This document shows positions 30,023 through 39,109 of a stretch of 64,000 nt of DNA, piece by piece (positions within the stretch are counted from its first letter, which is position 1; each line of letters opens with the position of its first letter). The translations under genes were made by a program, and so were the position numbers. The stretch is from an uncultured Phycisphaerales bacterium. Its GTDB lineage: Bacteria; Planctomycetota; Phycisphaerae; Tepidisphaerales; Tepidisphaeraceae. The notes below the pieces were generated by a model. The model was not told where the DNA came from. It did no database searches and saw nothing but the letters and a program-made list of their open reading frames with translations. The stretch is from the NCBI GenBank assembly GCA_963844715.1, contig CAWJPJ010000008.1:576001-640000 (forward strand), read 5' to 3'.

Positions 30023-30896
30023 ATGACTTTTTCATTGCTCCAATCCGCGGGCGCGACTCCGATCGCTTGTCTTGACGTCGAAACGACGGGAGCGAGTTCG
30101 GAATTGGGCGATCGCATCGTCGAAATCGGAATCGTTCGCTACGAATACGGAAAAGTCGTCGCGGAATATCAGCAACTGATCGATCCGCGGCGGCGGATTT
30201 CGCCGGGCGCGTCGGCGATTACCGGCATCACCGATGAAATGTGCAAAGGGCAGCCGACGTTTGGCCAGGCGTGGCCAAAATGCAGGGAGATGCTTTTGGG
30301 AGCGGCTTTGCTGGGGCATAACATTCCGTTCGATCTGTCGTTTTTGATGCGTGAAGCGGCGCAGGGGGGGCGAATCTTTGCCGGAGTTTTGCCGCCTTCC
30401 GATTCTGGACACGGTTCGGATCGCCCGGCGGCGATTTGGGCGCGGGGGAAACAGCCTGGGCAAGCTGGCGCGGCGGCTGGAGTACGAGCCGCCGATCGCG
30501 CATCGCGCTCTGGCCAACGCGCAGACGACGGGGATTATTTTTGACAAGCTGCTGGAGCCGGTCGGGGGATGGAATGTCGCGATGTGCGATCTGCTGATCG
30601 AGCAGGGGGGGCCGGTTTCGTGGCCGTCGGCCGGCGCGGGCGGGAATCCGCTGCCGGTGGAATTGGAAGAGGCGATGGAATCGCGTCGTCCGGTGATGAT
30701 GGAATACGTGGACGCGTCGAATCGGCGCTCGCAGCGCGTGATCGAGCCGCTGCAGATTCGGCGGTTTGACGACGAGCTGGTTTTAATTGCGTTTTGCCGG
30801 CTTCGGAAGGATCGCCGCAACTTCAAGATTCAGCGCATCGTGAGTCTTTCCCGAATCGAGTCGGCTGACGGCGCGGTGGCGGCGGACGTGACGTAA
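30023..30896 (+). CDS. DEDDh 3'-5' exonuclease fused to WYL domain (frameshift near 30365)
   Basis: LDVETTG, GHNIPFD, LDT and HRAL motifs, then MEYVDASNRRSQRVIEP...AFCRLRKDRRNFKIQRI WYL domain. Confidence 0.8.
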
Positions 30897-30960
30897 AAGA
30901 GAAACGCTTTGTTCGCGGCGGGCGGCTGGCAAGTCTGGGCCACCCCCGTATGATGGGTGC

Positions 30961-31785
30961 ATGGCCGTCGGTTTTGTCGAAAAGGTGGGGCGAAACACCA
31001 ACAACGCGCTCGCGTCGTTTGGGGATTTCTGCACGTTCGCGTTCAGGACCTTTGCGTGGCTGTTTCAGGGGGGCCTGAGATGGCGCAATCTCCGGCTGCT
31101 TCTGCCGCAAATGTACGAAGTCGGGGCTCGCTCGGTGCCGGTCGTGGCGGTCACCGGCGCGTTCATCGGCATGGTCATGGCCGTGGAAACCTATACGCAG
31201 TTCAAATCCATCGGGCAGGAAGATCGGCTTGGCAGCGTGATCATCCTGTCGGTCGTCAAGCAAATTGGGCCGGTGCTTGCGTCGGTGATGCTGGCCGGCC
31301 GCATCGGCGGGGCGCTGACGGCGGAACTGGGGACCATGAATGTGACGGAGCAGCTCGATGCCCTGCGCGTCATGGGGGCCGACCCGATTCGATTTCTGGT
31401 GGTTCCGCGCTTTATCGCGTGCGTCATCCTGACGCCGATGCTGACGATTTACAGCGATATCACGGGAATCGCCGGGGGTTGGTTTATCGCGGTGAAGGTT
31501 CTGGGCGTGCCGAGCGGACCGTTCTGGCATTACGCCCAGCTTGGGGTGGAAATGTGGCAGGTGAACGAGGGGATCATCAAGTCGTTCTTCTTCGGGGCGG
31601 CGATCGCGCTGATCGCCTGTTACAAGGGGTTCACCTGCGGAGCGGGCGCCAGCGGCGTGGGGCGCGCCTGCACGGAAAGCTTCGTGGCCAGTTTCATCTG
31701 CATCATCATCATGAATTTCTTCTTTGCCCAATTGGCACACGACTGGTACGAAGCGATCTACGGAATGCGCAGCGTTTTCGGCTGA
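30961..31785 (+). CDS. mlaE: MlaE-family ABC permease
   Basis: GPVLASVMLAGRIGGALTAELGTMNVTEQLDALRVMGADP. Confidence 0.9.
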   Translation: MAVGFVEKVGRNTNNALASFGDFCTFAFRTFAWLFQGGLRWRNLRLLLPQMYEVGARSVPVVAVTGAFIGMVMAVETYTQFKSIGQEDRLGSVIILSVVKQIGPVLASVMLAGRIGGALTAELGTMNVTEQLDALRVMGADPIRFLVVPRFIACVILTPMLTIYSDITGIAGGWFIAVKVLGVPSGPFWHYAQLGVEMWQVNEGIIKSFFFGAAIALIACYKGFTCGAGASGVGRACTESFVASFICIIIMNFFFAQLAHDWYEAIYGMRSVFG

Positions 31786-31790
31786 TTCTC

Positions 31791-32579
31791 ATGGCGCTCA
31801 TCGAACTACGAAACGTATACAAGCGCTTCGGCTGGCTGGTCGTGCTGAACGGCGTCAGCCTGAACATCGAGAAGGGGCAATCGCTCGTCGTCATCGGAGC
31901 CAGCGGCAGCGGAAAAAGCGTGCTGCTCAAGCACATCGTCGGGTTGCTCAAGCCGGACGCGGGCCAGGTGTATTTCGACGGGCAGCGGATCGACAACCTT
32001 AACGAGCGGCAGCTTAACGAAGTGCGCAAGCATTTCGGGTTTCTATTCCAGATGGGGGCGCTGTTCGATTCGGAAACGGTTGCCAACAACATCGCCTTTC
32101 CGCTGGTGGAACACACGCGCAAATCGCCGGAGGAGATCGCCCAGATCGTGAAGCAGAAATTGACCATGGTGGGGCTTCCCGACGCCGGTCCGAAAATGCC
32201 CGCCGAGCTTTCCGGCGGGCAGCGCAAGCGCGTGGCGCTGGCGCGGGCGATTGCCCTGGAGCCGGAGGTGATTCTTTACGACGAGCCGACGACCGGGCTC
32301 GACCCGATCCGCTCGGATGTGATCAATGAACTGATCATCCGATTGCAGAGGCAGCTTGCGGTGACGAGCGTGGTCGTCACCCACGACATGCACAGCGCCT
32401 TCAAGGTGGGGGACCGCATCGTGATGCTGCACGAGGGGAAGCTGATTTTCGACGGCACGCCGGAAAAAATGAAAGCGTCGAGCGATCCCATCGTGCGGCG
32501 ATTCATCACGGGCGAGGCGGGGGAAAAGGAATTGGAGGGTCTGTCGCTTTTCGATCCGGAGGGCGTTTGCGAAAAATGA
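31791..32579 (+). CDS. mlaF: MlaF-family ABC ATPase
   Basis: GASGSGKS, FQMGALFDS, LSGGQRKRVALARA and YDEPTTGLDP. Confidence 0.9.
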   Translation: MALIELRNVYKRFGWLVVLNGVSLNIEKGQSLVVIGASGSGKSVLLKHIVGLLKPDAGQVYFDGQRIDNLNERQLNEVRKHFGFLFQMGALFDSETVANNIAFPLVEHTRKSPEEIAQIVKQKLTMVGLPDAGPKMPAELSGGQRKRVALARAIALEPEVILYDEPTTGLDPIRSDVINELIIRLQRQLAVTSVVVTHDMHSAFKVGDRIVMLHEGKLIFDGTPEKMKASSDPIVRRFITGEAGEKELEGLSLFDPEGVCEK

Positions 32580-32644
32580 TCGGCGCAATCGCAATCACGT
32601 GCTGTTCGGGATATTCTTTTTAGAGCGGCTCTCGGGAGGCTCGT

Positions 32645-33493
32645 ATGTCCTCATATCGCCGAAACCTCATCGTCGGAAGCACCGTTCTGGTGGCGACGTG
32701 TCTGTTCATGTGGATGGCGCTGAAATTTTCGGGTCGGACGGCGGAGCTCTTCGCGCCGCCGCAGATTTCGATCCATTTCACCAGCACGCGCGCCGACGGG
32801 CTGAGCCAGGGGTCGCCGGTTTATTTTCTTGGCGTGGATGTGGGCCGCGTGACGAATCTGGTCCGCCGCGCGGACAATTCCGGAGTTGACATCGACGCGC
32901 AGGTGGATCGCAGCCCGCCGCTGCCGGCGAATCTGTCGGCGTCCATTTCGTCGTCGAGCGCCATCAGCGGCGGCACCTATCTCAGTCTGGATCTCGTCGG
33001 CAATCATCCCGAGGGTGAGTTGAAGTCCGGGGCGACGCTGCCGGCGGCCTATGTGGGGTTGGAGCTTCGCTTGCTACCGCCCGAGGTGACCAAAGCCGCC
33101 ACGCAGATCGGGGAGATGAGCGATGAAATCCGCAAGACCATGAAGCAGTTCCGCGAGTCGGGGGCGGTCGATCATTTGAATCAGACGCTGACGCAGTTAT
33201 CCGACGAAACGGCCAAGCTGCAAACGCTTACCGACAGCGTGGAACAGAATTCGCAGTCGCTGAGCAAACAGCTCGGAGACCGCCTGACGCAAATCGCCGG
33301 GGTTTTGAACAATCTGCAAAACATCTCGGCCAAGGTGGATCAGGGGAAGGGGACGGCGGGGTTGTTCGTCAACGATCCCCGGCTGTATGAGGCGATGGCG
33401 GATTGCGTGAATCAGTTGGACGCCACGGCGGCGGATTTGCATCGGCTGGTGGATCAATGGGAGCAAGAAGGGGTATCGCTAAAGCTCAAATGA
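32645..33493 (+). CDS. mlaD: MlaD/MCE-domain protein
   Basis: N-terminal TM, ADGLSQGSPVYFLGVDVGRV MCE motif, and helical tail GKGTAGLFVNDPRLY. Confidence 0.85.
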   Translation: MSSYRRNLIVGSTVLVATCLFMWMALKFSGRTAELFAPPQISIHFTSTRADGLSQGSPVYFLGVDVGRVTNLVRRADNSGVDIDAQVDRSPPLPANLSASISSSSAISGGTYLSLDLVGNHPEGELKSGATLPAAYVGLELRLLPPEVTKAATQIGEMSDEIRKTMKQFRESGAVDHLNQTLTQLSDETAKLQTLTDSVEQNSQSLSKQLGDRLTQIAGVLNNLQNISAKVDQGKGTAGLFVNDPRLYEAMADCVNQLDATAADLHRLVDQWEQEGVSLKLK

Positions 33494-33636
33494 CGAATGA
33501 CGAATGATAAATGTGCGCCAGCATCCGCCGCGGCGGGACGAATCAATGACCGAATGTTCGAACATTGGTACATTCGAGCATTGATTCGTCCCGCCGCGGC
33601 GGATGCTGGCGCACATTTATCATTCGTCATTCGTCA
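33491..33636. repeat. 146-bp inverted repeat with 58-bp perfect arms (family D)
   Basis: TGACGAATGACGAATGATAAATG...AATCAATG and its exact reverse complement; spans from the mlaD stop to the rplT stop. Confidence 0.9.
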
Positions 33637-33993
33637 CTTCACTAGATGGGGCTTCGCCTTTTCCACGACGGCGTCGAACGCGGCTGGGTCGGCGATGGCC
33701 AGTTCGCTCAGCATCTTGCGATTGAGTTCGATTCCGGCCGCGACGAGGGCGGGGATGAAACGGTTGTAACTGATTCCGCGAAGACGCAGCGCGGCGCCCA
33801 GGCGGGTGATCCAGAGGGAGCGGAAATGGCGTTTCCGCTGGCGGCGGTCGCGATAGGCGTAGACGCCGGCCTTGCGGACGAATTCGAGGGCGGGGCGGTA
33901 GAGCGTTCCCGAGGCGGCTCGGAAACCCTTGGCGGCCTTGAGGACGCGTTTTCGTTTGCGGGCGTGGGTGGCGCCGCCGGTGGATCGGGGCAT
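33634..33993 (-). CDS. rplT: 50S ribosomal protein L20
   Basis: MPRSTGG...KAAKGF...YAYRDRRQRKRHFRSLWITR...LNRKMLSELAI. Confidence 0.96.
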   Translation of the reverse strand: MPRSTGGATHARKRKRVLKAAKGFRAASGTLYRPALEFVRKAGVYAYRDRRQRKRHFRSLWITRLGAALRLRGISYNRFIPALVAAGIELNRKMLSELAIADPAAFDAVVEKAKPHLVK

Positions 33994-33994
33994 G

Positions 33995-34261
33995 TTAAGA
34001 CTTCCTCTCTGAGGCCGATTCCGCCAGTTCTCGCTCGTGCCGAACTTTGCCGGGGTGCAGGCCGCCGACACCCATGAGTTTTCGCATGTTTCGGGCGTGG
34101 CCTTCGAACAGGATTTCGGGTTGGCGGAGCTTTCGCCGCCTGGAAGCGGGGCGCGAACTCATGAGATGGGAGGTGAACCCGTGATGGCGTTTCAGCTTCC
34201 CGGTCTTGGTCAGACGCATCCGCTTGGCGACACTTTTATTGGGCTTGAACTTATACGCCAT
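33995..34261 (-). CDS. rpmI: 50S ribosomal protein L35
   Basis: KFKPNKSVAKRMRLTKTGKLKR...SHL; lies between infC and rplT. Confidence 0.9.
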   Translation of the reverse strand: MAYKFKPNKSVAKRMRLTKTGKLKRHHGFTSHLMSSRPASRRRKLRQPEILFEGHARNMRKLMGVGGLHPGKVRHERELAESASERKS

Positions 34262-34352
34262 GGGTAATCCTTGGAAATTCGGACAAACACCCTTCCAGAA
34301 GCGAAGGGGCGGGAAATATAGCAGAGCGGGCGGGAACTGTCCAACATGCGAG

Positions 34353-34410
34353 AAAGCCAACGGATGGTCCATCGACGAACTCGGGACGGGCCATCCGGTG
34401 GCTTTTTTTT
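34353..34410. repeat. REP-like palindrome, family A
   Basis: AAAGCCAACGGATGG...CCATCCGGTGGCTTTT. Confidence 0.65.
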
Positions 34411-34425
34411 GCTGGAAATAGCGGC

Positions 34426-35099
34426 TTACCGGGCCGCGGCCTGCGCTGCGGGGGCTGCTGCTGCCGCTGCTGCCGCGGCGGCTGGGGCTGGTGCGGCGGC
34501 CGCCGGGCGGGTGGGGATGTTCATGCCGCTGCCGGCGGAGAACGCCGGCGCTTTGCCCGCGGGCACCGGCTGCTTGGCGCCGGCGGGCTTGTGCTCGGGC
34601 TGGAGCACCAGGGTCATGCGGCGGCCTTCCATCTTCGTGTCCCGCTCGATTTTGCTGTATTGCCAGAGTTCCGTCTTCACCTTGTTGAAAAGATCGCGGC
34701 CCAGATCGAGGTGGGCCATTTCGCGGCCTTTGAATTGCAGCGTGAATTGAACCTTGTTCCCCTCTTTGAGGAAATCGCGGGCCCGATTGATTTTGATCAT
34801 CAGATCGTGGTCGCCGATCTTGACGGTTTTGATTTTCAGCTCTTTAAGCTGCCCGGCGCGGGCCCCGGCGCGGGATTTGTCTTCTTTTTTCTGTTGCTGG
34901 TAGCGCCACTTGCCATAGTCCATGATTTTGCAGACTGGCGGGCGTGCGGTGGGGGCGACTTCGACGAGGTCCAGGCCGGCTTCGCGCGCGAGCGCATCGC
35001 TTCGGCGGTGGAAGTGGGTCCAACTTTTTCGTCTAGAGCGTTGATCAGGAAAATCGGCGAAATGCGGATCTGTTCATTGTGACGGAAATTCGTAGTAAT
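34426..35099 (-). CDS. infC: Translation initiation factor IF-3 (ATT start; frameshift near 34992)
   Basis: GGAGG RBS, then ATT: ITTNFRHNEQIRI...AREAGLDLVEVAPTARPPVCKIMDYGK...IGDHD...FKGRE. Confidence 0.93.
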
Positions 35100-35271
35100 A
35101 ACCTTACCTCCAAAAAAAACACGCCACGGACATTCGCGAGGGACACGGCCTCAGAAGGAGTTACCCCTGACGCCCGGCAGTGTCACTCGTGAAACATCTG
35201 TGGCTACCGACCATTCCCTGCAAAGCCCGGCCGAACGCCGGTCGGGCCGAAACATATTCGAACTATAAACA

Positions 35272-35300
35272 ATTATCGGCCGGTAGGGCTGGTTTTTCAA
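35272..35300 (-). promoter_or_regulatory. Putative infC promoter
   Basis: Minus-strand TTGAAA-N17-GATAAT. Confidence 0.5.
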
Positions 35301-35372
35301 GGGAAAAAACATGTATTACAAGGGCGAATCGTTTTCGAGCCCGAAATTTAGCATTTGCGCGTCGTCAGGAGC

Positions 35373-37298
35373 CTAATGCGAGGTGCCGCGGGCGGCTATT
35401 TCGGCTTTGCAGTGTGAGATGAAATCCTCGATGGAGATGGCGCCTTCATCCACGCCGGCGCGGGTTCTAACGGCGACGGTGCGGTTTTCGGCCTCTTTTT
35501 GGCCGACGATCAGGAGATAGGGGATTTTCTGCATGGCGGCGTCGCGAATCTTAGCGCCGATTTTATCGGCATTGAGATTTCCCTCGACGCGCAGGCCGGC
35601 GGCTTTTAGCGCATTAATCACTTCCCCCGCATATGCGTTGAACTTTTCGCTGATGGAAAGAACGGTTGCCTGCACGGGGGCGAGCCAGAGGGGGAAAGCG
35701 CCGGCGTGGTGCTCGATGAGAATCCCCAGGAACCGCTCCATGCTGCCGACGATGGCGCGGTGGAGCATGAAGGGGACGTGCTCGGCGTTGTCCTCGCCGA
35801 CGTAGCGAGCGCCGAGCCGCTCGGGCATGTTGCCATCGACCTGAATGGTTCCGAGTTGCCACATGCGGCCCAGGGCATCGGAAATCTGGAATTCCAGCTT
35901 GGGGCCGTAGAAGGCGCCTTCGCCGGGGTTGACGTCGTACTGCATGTTCATGTGAATGAGGGCATCGGCAAGGGCTTTTTCGGTTTTGTCCCACATGGCG
36001 TCGGTTCCGAGTCGCTTGGCCGGGCGCGTGGAGAGCTTGGTAATGACCTTTTCGAAGCCGAAATCTTTGTAAACCTGCTGAAGGATGCGCACGAAATCCC
36101 TGACTTCCGATTCGATCTGATCCTCGGTGCAGAAGATGTGGGCGTCGTCCTGGGTGAAGGCGCGGACGCGCATGATGCCGTGAAGGGTGCCGCCGGGTTC
36201 GTTGCGATGGCAGGCGCCGAATTCGCTCATCCGCAGAGGCAGGTCGCGATAGCTTTTGGTCCCCTGGTTAAAAATCAGAATATGGCACGGGCAATTCATC
36301 GGCTTGATCGCAAACGTGCGTTTTTCGCTTTCGGTGACGAACATCATTTCTGAGAATTTTTCCCAGTGCCCGCTCTTTTCCCAAAGCGAGCGATCCAGAA
36401 GCTGCGGCGTGCGGACTTCGATGTAGCCGTTGCGGCGGATGGTCTGGCGGATGTAATCCTCGACGATGCGCCACAGCGTCCACCCCTTGTCGTGCCAGAA
36501 AACGCTGCCGGGGGCTTCTTCCTGCTGGTGGAAGAGATCGAGCTGCTTGCCGAGGACGCGGTGGTCGCGCTTTTTCGCTTCTTCCAGAAGGTGCAGGTGA
36601 GTTTCCAGTTCCTTTTTGTCGAAAAAGGCGGTGCCATAAATGCGCGTGAGCTGCTCGCGATTGCTGTCCCCGCGCGAGTACGCGCCGGCGACGCTCATTA
36701 ATTTGAAGGCTTTGATTTTTCCGGTGGCTGGGATGTGCGGGCCGCGGCATAGGTCTGTGAAATCCCCCTGGCGATAAATGGAAACGGTTTTTTCCCCGGC
36801 CTTTTGCAACTCGTCGATAATCTCGTCCTTGAACCGCTGGTTCTCCTTGTGGAGCAGTTCCTTGGCGGTTTGGGGCGTCACGTCCTCGCGCGAAAAGGCG
36901 AGATTCTGGGCGACGATCTTCTCCATCTCTTTTTCGATCTTCGGCAGTTCGTCGACCGAAAAGCCGGGCGGGAGTTCGAAGTCATAGAAGAAACCATTGT
37001 CGATGACCGGGCCGATGGTGTACTGGACTTTGTCCCCGTAAAGGTGGCGCAGCGCCTGGGCGAGCACGTGGGCGGTGCTGTGGCGCATGATGTAAAGGCC
37101 GTCCGGATCTTTTTCCGTGATGATGGAGACGTCGTGGGAGCCGGCGAGTTTGCTGGAGAGATCGACGAGCTTGCCATCGACTTTCCCGGCGATGGCGGCC
37201 CTGGCCAGGCCCTTGCCGATCGACTCGGCCAGTTGCATGACGCTGGAGCCGTCGGGGAGTTCCTTAATATTGCCGTCGGGAAGCTTAATCGCGGCCAT
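35373..37298 (-). CDS. thrS: Threonine-tRNA ligase
   Basis: TGS domain, RHSTAH, DLCRGPH, KRDHR, KPMNCP, HRNE, GAFYGPK and MLHRAI. Confidence 0.98.
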   Translation of the reverse strand: MAAIKLPDGNIKELPDGSSVMQLAESIGKGLARAAIAGKVDGKLVDLSSKLAGSHDVSIITEKDPDGLYIMRHSTAHVLAQALRHLYGDKVQYTIGPVIDNGFFYDFELPPGFSVDELPKIEKEMEKIVAQNLAFSREDVTPQTAKELLHKENQRFKDEIIDELQKAGEKTVSIYRQGDFTDLCRGPHIPATGKIKAFKLMSVAGAYSRGDSNREQLTRIYGTAFFDKKELETHLHLLEEAKKRDHRVLGKQLDLFHQQEEAPGSVFWHDKGWTLWRIVEDYIRQTIRRNGYIEVRTPQLLDRSLWEKSGHWEKFSEMMFVTESEKRTFAIKPMNCPCHILIFNQGTKSYRDLPLRMSEFGACHRNEPGGTLHGIMRVRAFTQDDAHIFCTEDQIESEVRDFVRILQQVYKDFGFEKVITKLSTRPAKRLGTDAMWDKTEKALADALIHMNMQYDVNPGEGAFYGPKLEFQISDALGRMWQLGTIQVDGNMPERLGARYVGEDNAEHVPFMLHRAIVGSMERFLGILIEHHAGAFPLWLAPVQATVLSISEKFNAYAGEVINALKAAGLRVEGNLNADKIGAKIRDAAMQKIPYLLIVGQKEAENRTVAVRTRAGVDEGAISIEDFISHCKAEIAARGTSH

Positions 37299-37322
37299 GG
37301 TCCTGCGCACTATAATCGAAAC

Positions 37323-37823
37323 ATGGCAAATTCAAACGCCCCCATCGACCCGCAGGTTCGCATCGGGCACGTTCATCTGAAAGTGGCGGATTTGGAGCGA
37401 TCGCTGCGGTTTTATCGCGACGTCCTGGGGCTGCAGGTGACGCAGAAAATGGGAAACTCCGCGGCGTTTCTTTCGGCCGGCGGATACCACCATCACATCG
37501 GGTTGAAAACGTGGGAAAGCAAGGACGGAACGCCGCCGCCGGCGGGATCAACCGGGCTATATCACGTCGCGATTCTCTATCCGACCAGGGCGAAACTGGC
37601 CGATGCATTGCGAAGATTGATCGCCGCGAAGATTCCCCTCGAAGGGGCGGCGGATCACGGCGTCAGCGAGGCGCTTTACCTCCGCGACCCGGATCAAAAC
37701 GGCGTGGAGCTTTATTGGGATCGGCCCAGGGGGGAATGGCCGCGGACGCCGGAGGGGGAATTGGCGATGGTGACGGAGCCGCTGGATTTGAATGAACTGC
37801 TGAAGGATGCGGAACCGGCTTAA
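37323..37823 (+). CDS. VOC/glyoxalase family protein (catechol 2,3-dioxygenase-like)
   Basis: IGHVHLKVADLERS, GGYHHHIGL, GLYHVAIL and DHGVSEALYLRDPDQNGVELY. Confidence 0.9.
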   Translation: MANSNAPIDPQVRIGHVHLKVADLERSLRFYRDVLGLQVTQKMGNSAAFLSAGGYHHHIGLKTWESKDGTPPPAGSTGLYHVAILYPTRAKLADALRRLIAAKIPLEGAADHGVSEALYLRDPDQNGVELYWDRPRGEWPRTPEGELAMVTEPLDLNELLKDAEPA

Positions 37824-37871
37824 GCCAGGCCAAAGCGATGTCTGGAAGTTTTGGTGTACAATAGGTTATCG

Positions 37872-38112
37872 ATGGATGATCTGGCCGCACAACTTGCCAA
37901 ACGGGATCGGTTCCGCCGGAAGCTTTCGCAGAATAAGTCCCCTGCCGAGCGAATGCTGAACATGGCGGCGCTCCAGGAACAAATGTGGGCGACTTTGCGG
38001 CGATCGCCGGAGGGGTACGCGCATTTCCTGCGCCCGCAATTTCAAGGCGCGCACGATTCCTGTCCAGGTCGCGAACCAGTTCACCGAATCAGCGAAATCC
38101 CAAACCGGATGA
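37872..38112 (+). CDS. Small hypothetical protein (probable frameshift near 38033)
   Basis: TACAAT -10 box shortly before ATG; MDDLAAQLAKRDRFRRKLSQNKSPAERM... helical basic protein. The end is uncertain. Confidence 0.4.
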
Positions 38113-39028
38113 TCGAACTGCTTTGGTTGTACGTGAGCAGTGAATCGCCGTAGCCGACGAAGTATTGAACATCGAGGCAGAGATCCAGGCCGCTTCTTTC
38201 CAGCAGGGGCAGATTGGAAACCGGGCAGGTCAGATCGAGCTGGAGGCTTCCGCGATTGAAGCCGCTGCCGACGCGGCCGAGGGCGGCCAGTTGGACGCCG
38301 TTGTGCTGCCCGAATACCGCGCGCAGGTCGCAATAGCCGCGATATTTCTCGATATCGGGGTTGTCGGAGATGTCGCCCAGATAGCAATAAAACCGCGGCT
38401 CCAGTTTCAGGAAGTAGGGGGTGTCGGCTCCGATCGTGGCCGAGGGCTGAATGAAGGCGATATTCATTCCGCGGTGATTCGGCTCCATCTGTCCGTTGGA
38501 TTCGTGTCCCACGCCGACCAGGAAATCCTTCGTGAAAATCTTTGGCCACAGCGGGGGCGGGTCCTCGAACTGGTAGAACAATTCCGGGCGATAACTGCTG
38601 TCGTAAAAAAAGGGTTCGTCGGGATTACTGGTATCCCACAGCGACGTCTGCGAATAGCCGAAATTCAAATCCGAGAGATACCAATCATTTTGGGTGGGGC
38701 CCTGATAGTCGGGATTCACAAATCGGTATCTGATGCTGAACTGAAATTTGACGTTCGGCGATTGAGCCCCTCCGACAAAATACATGGGTTCATAAGCCGC
38801 GAAGTGCTTGATGAACTGGTTGAGTTCGTCCTGATCCGGATTAGCCGTGGGGCGGCTGGTGTCCGATTGCGTGGTGGCCGGTCCGAGCAAATCCATACTC
38901 AATGGCTGGGCATTTTCGAAGGGCGCGTCGTCCGAGTCCGCCAATAATCGACCATCGATCGCCAGAAGGAAAAATGGGAGCAAAGCCCAGGAGTACCGGG
39001 ATCCGTGGGCGTTATTCGTGCAGTTCAT
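38081..39028 (-). CDS. pldA: Outer-membrane phospholipase A (OMPLA)
   Basis: Signal peptide, KFQFS, FGYSQTSLWD, SYRPE, catalytic HESNG and QYFVGYGDSLLTYN. Confidence 0.85.
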   Translation of the reverse strand: MNCTNNAHGSRYSWALLPFFLLAIDGRLLADSDDAPFENAQPLSMDLLGPATTQSDTSRPTANPDQDELNQFIKHFAAYEPMYFVGGAQSPNVKFQFSIRYRFVNPDYQGPTQNDWYLSDLNFGYSQTSLWDTSNPDEPFFYDSSYRPELFYQFEDPPPLWPKIFTKDFLVGVGHESNGQMEPNHRGMNIAFIQPSATIGADTPYFLKLEPRFYCYLGDISDNPDIEKYRGYCDLRAVFGQHNGVQLAALGRVGSGFNRGSLQLDLTCPVSNLPLLERSGLDLCLDVQYFVGYGDSLLTYNQSSSIIRFGISLIR

Positions 39029-39109
39029 GGTCAGAGTTTTAAACCACGGATTTCGCGGATGACACGGATAAAATGTTTTTTGTTCGGCGCTGGGCGTTCA
39101 TCGGCTCGT

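Noticed and set aside
34430..34510. GCT/GCC-rich repeat at the infC 3' end
   Set aside because: It simply encodes an Ala/Pro-rich disordered IF3 C-terminal tail, which is common.
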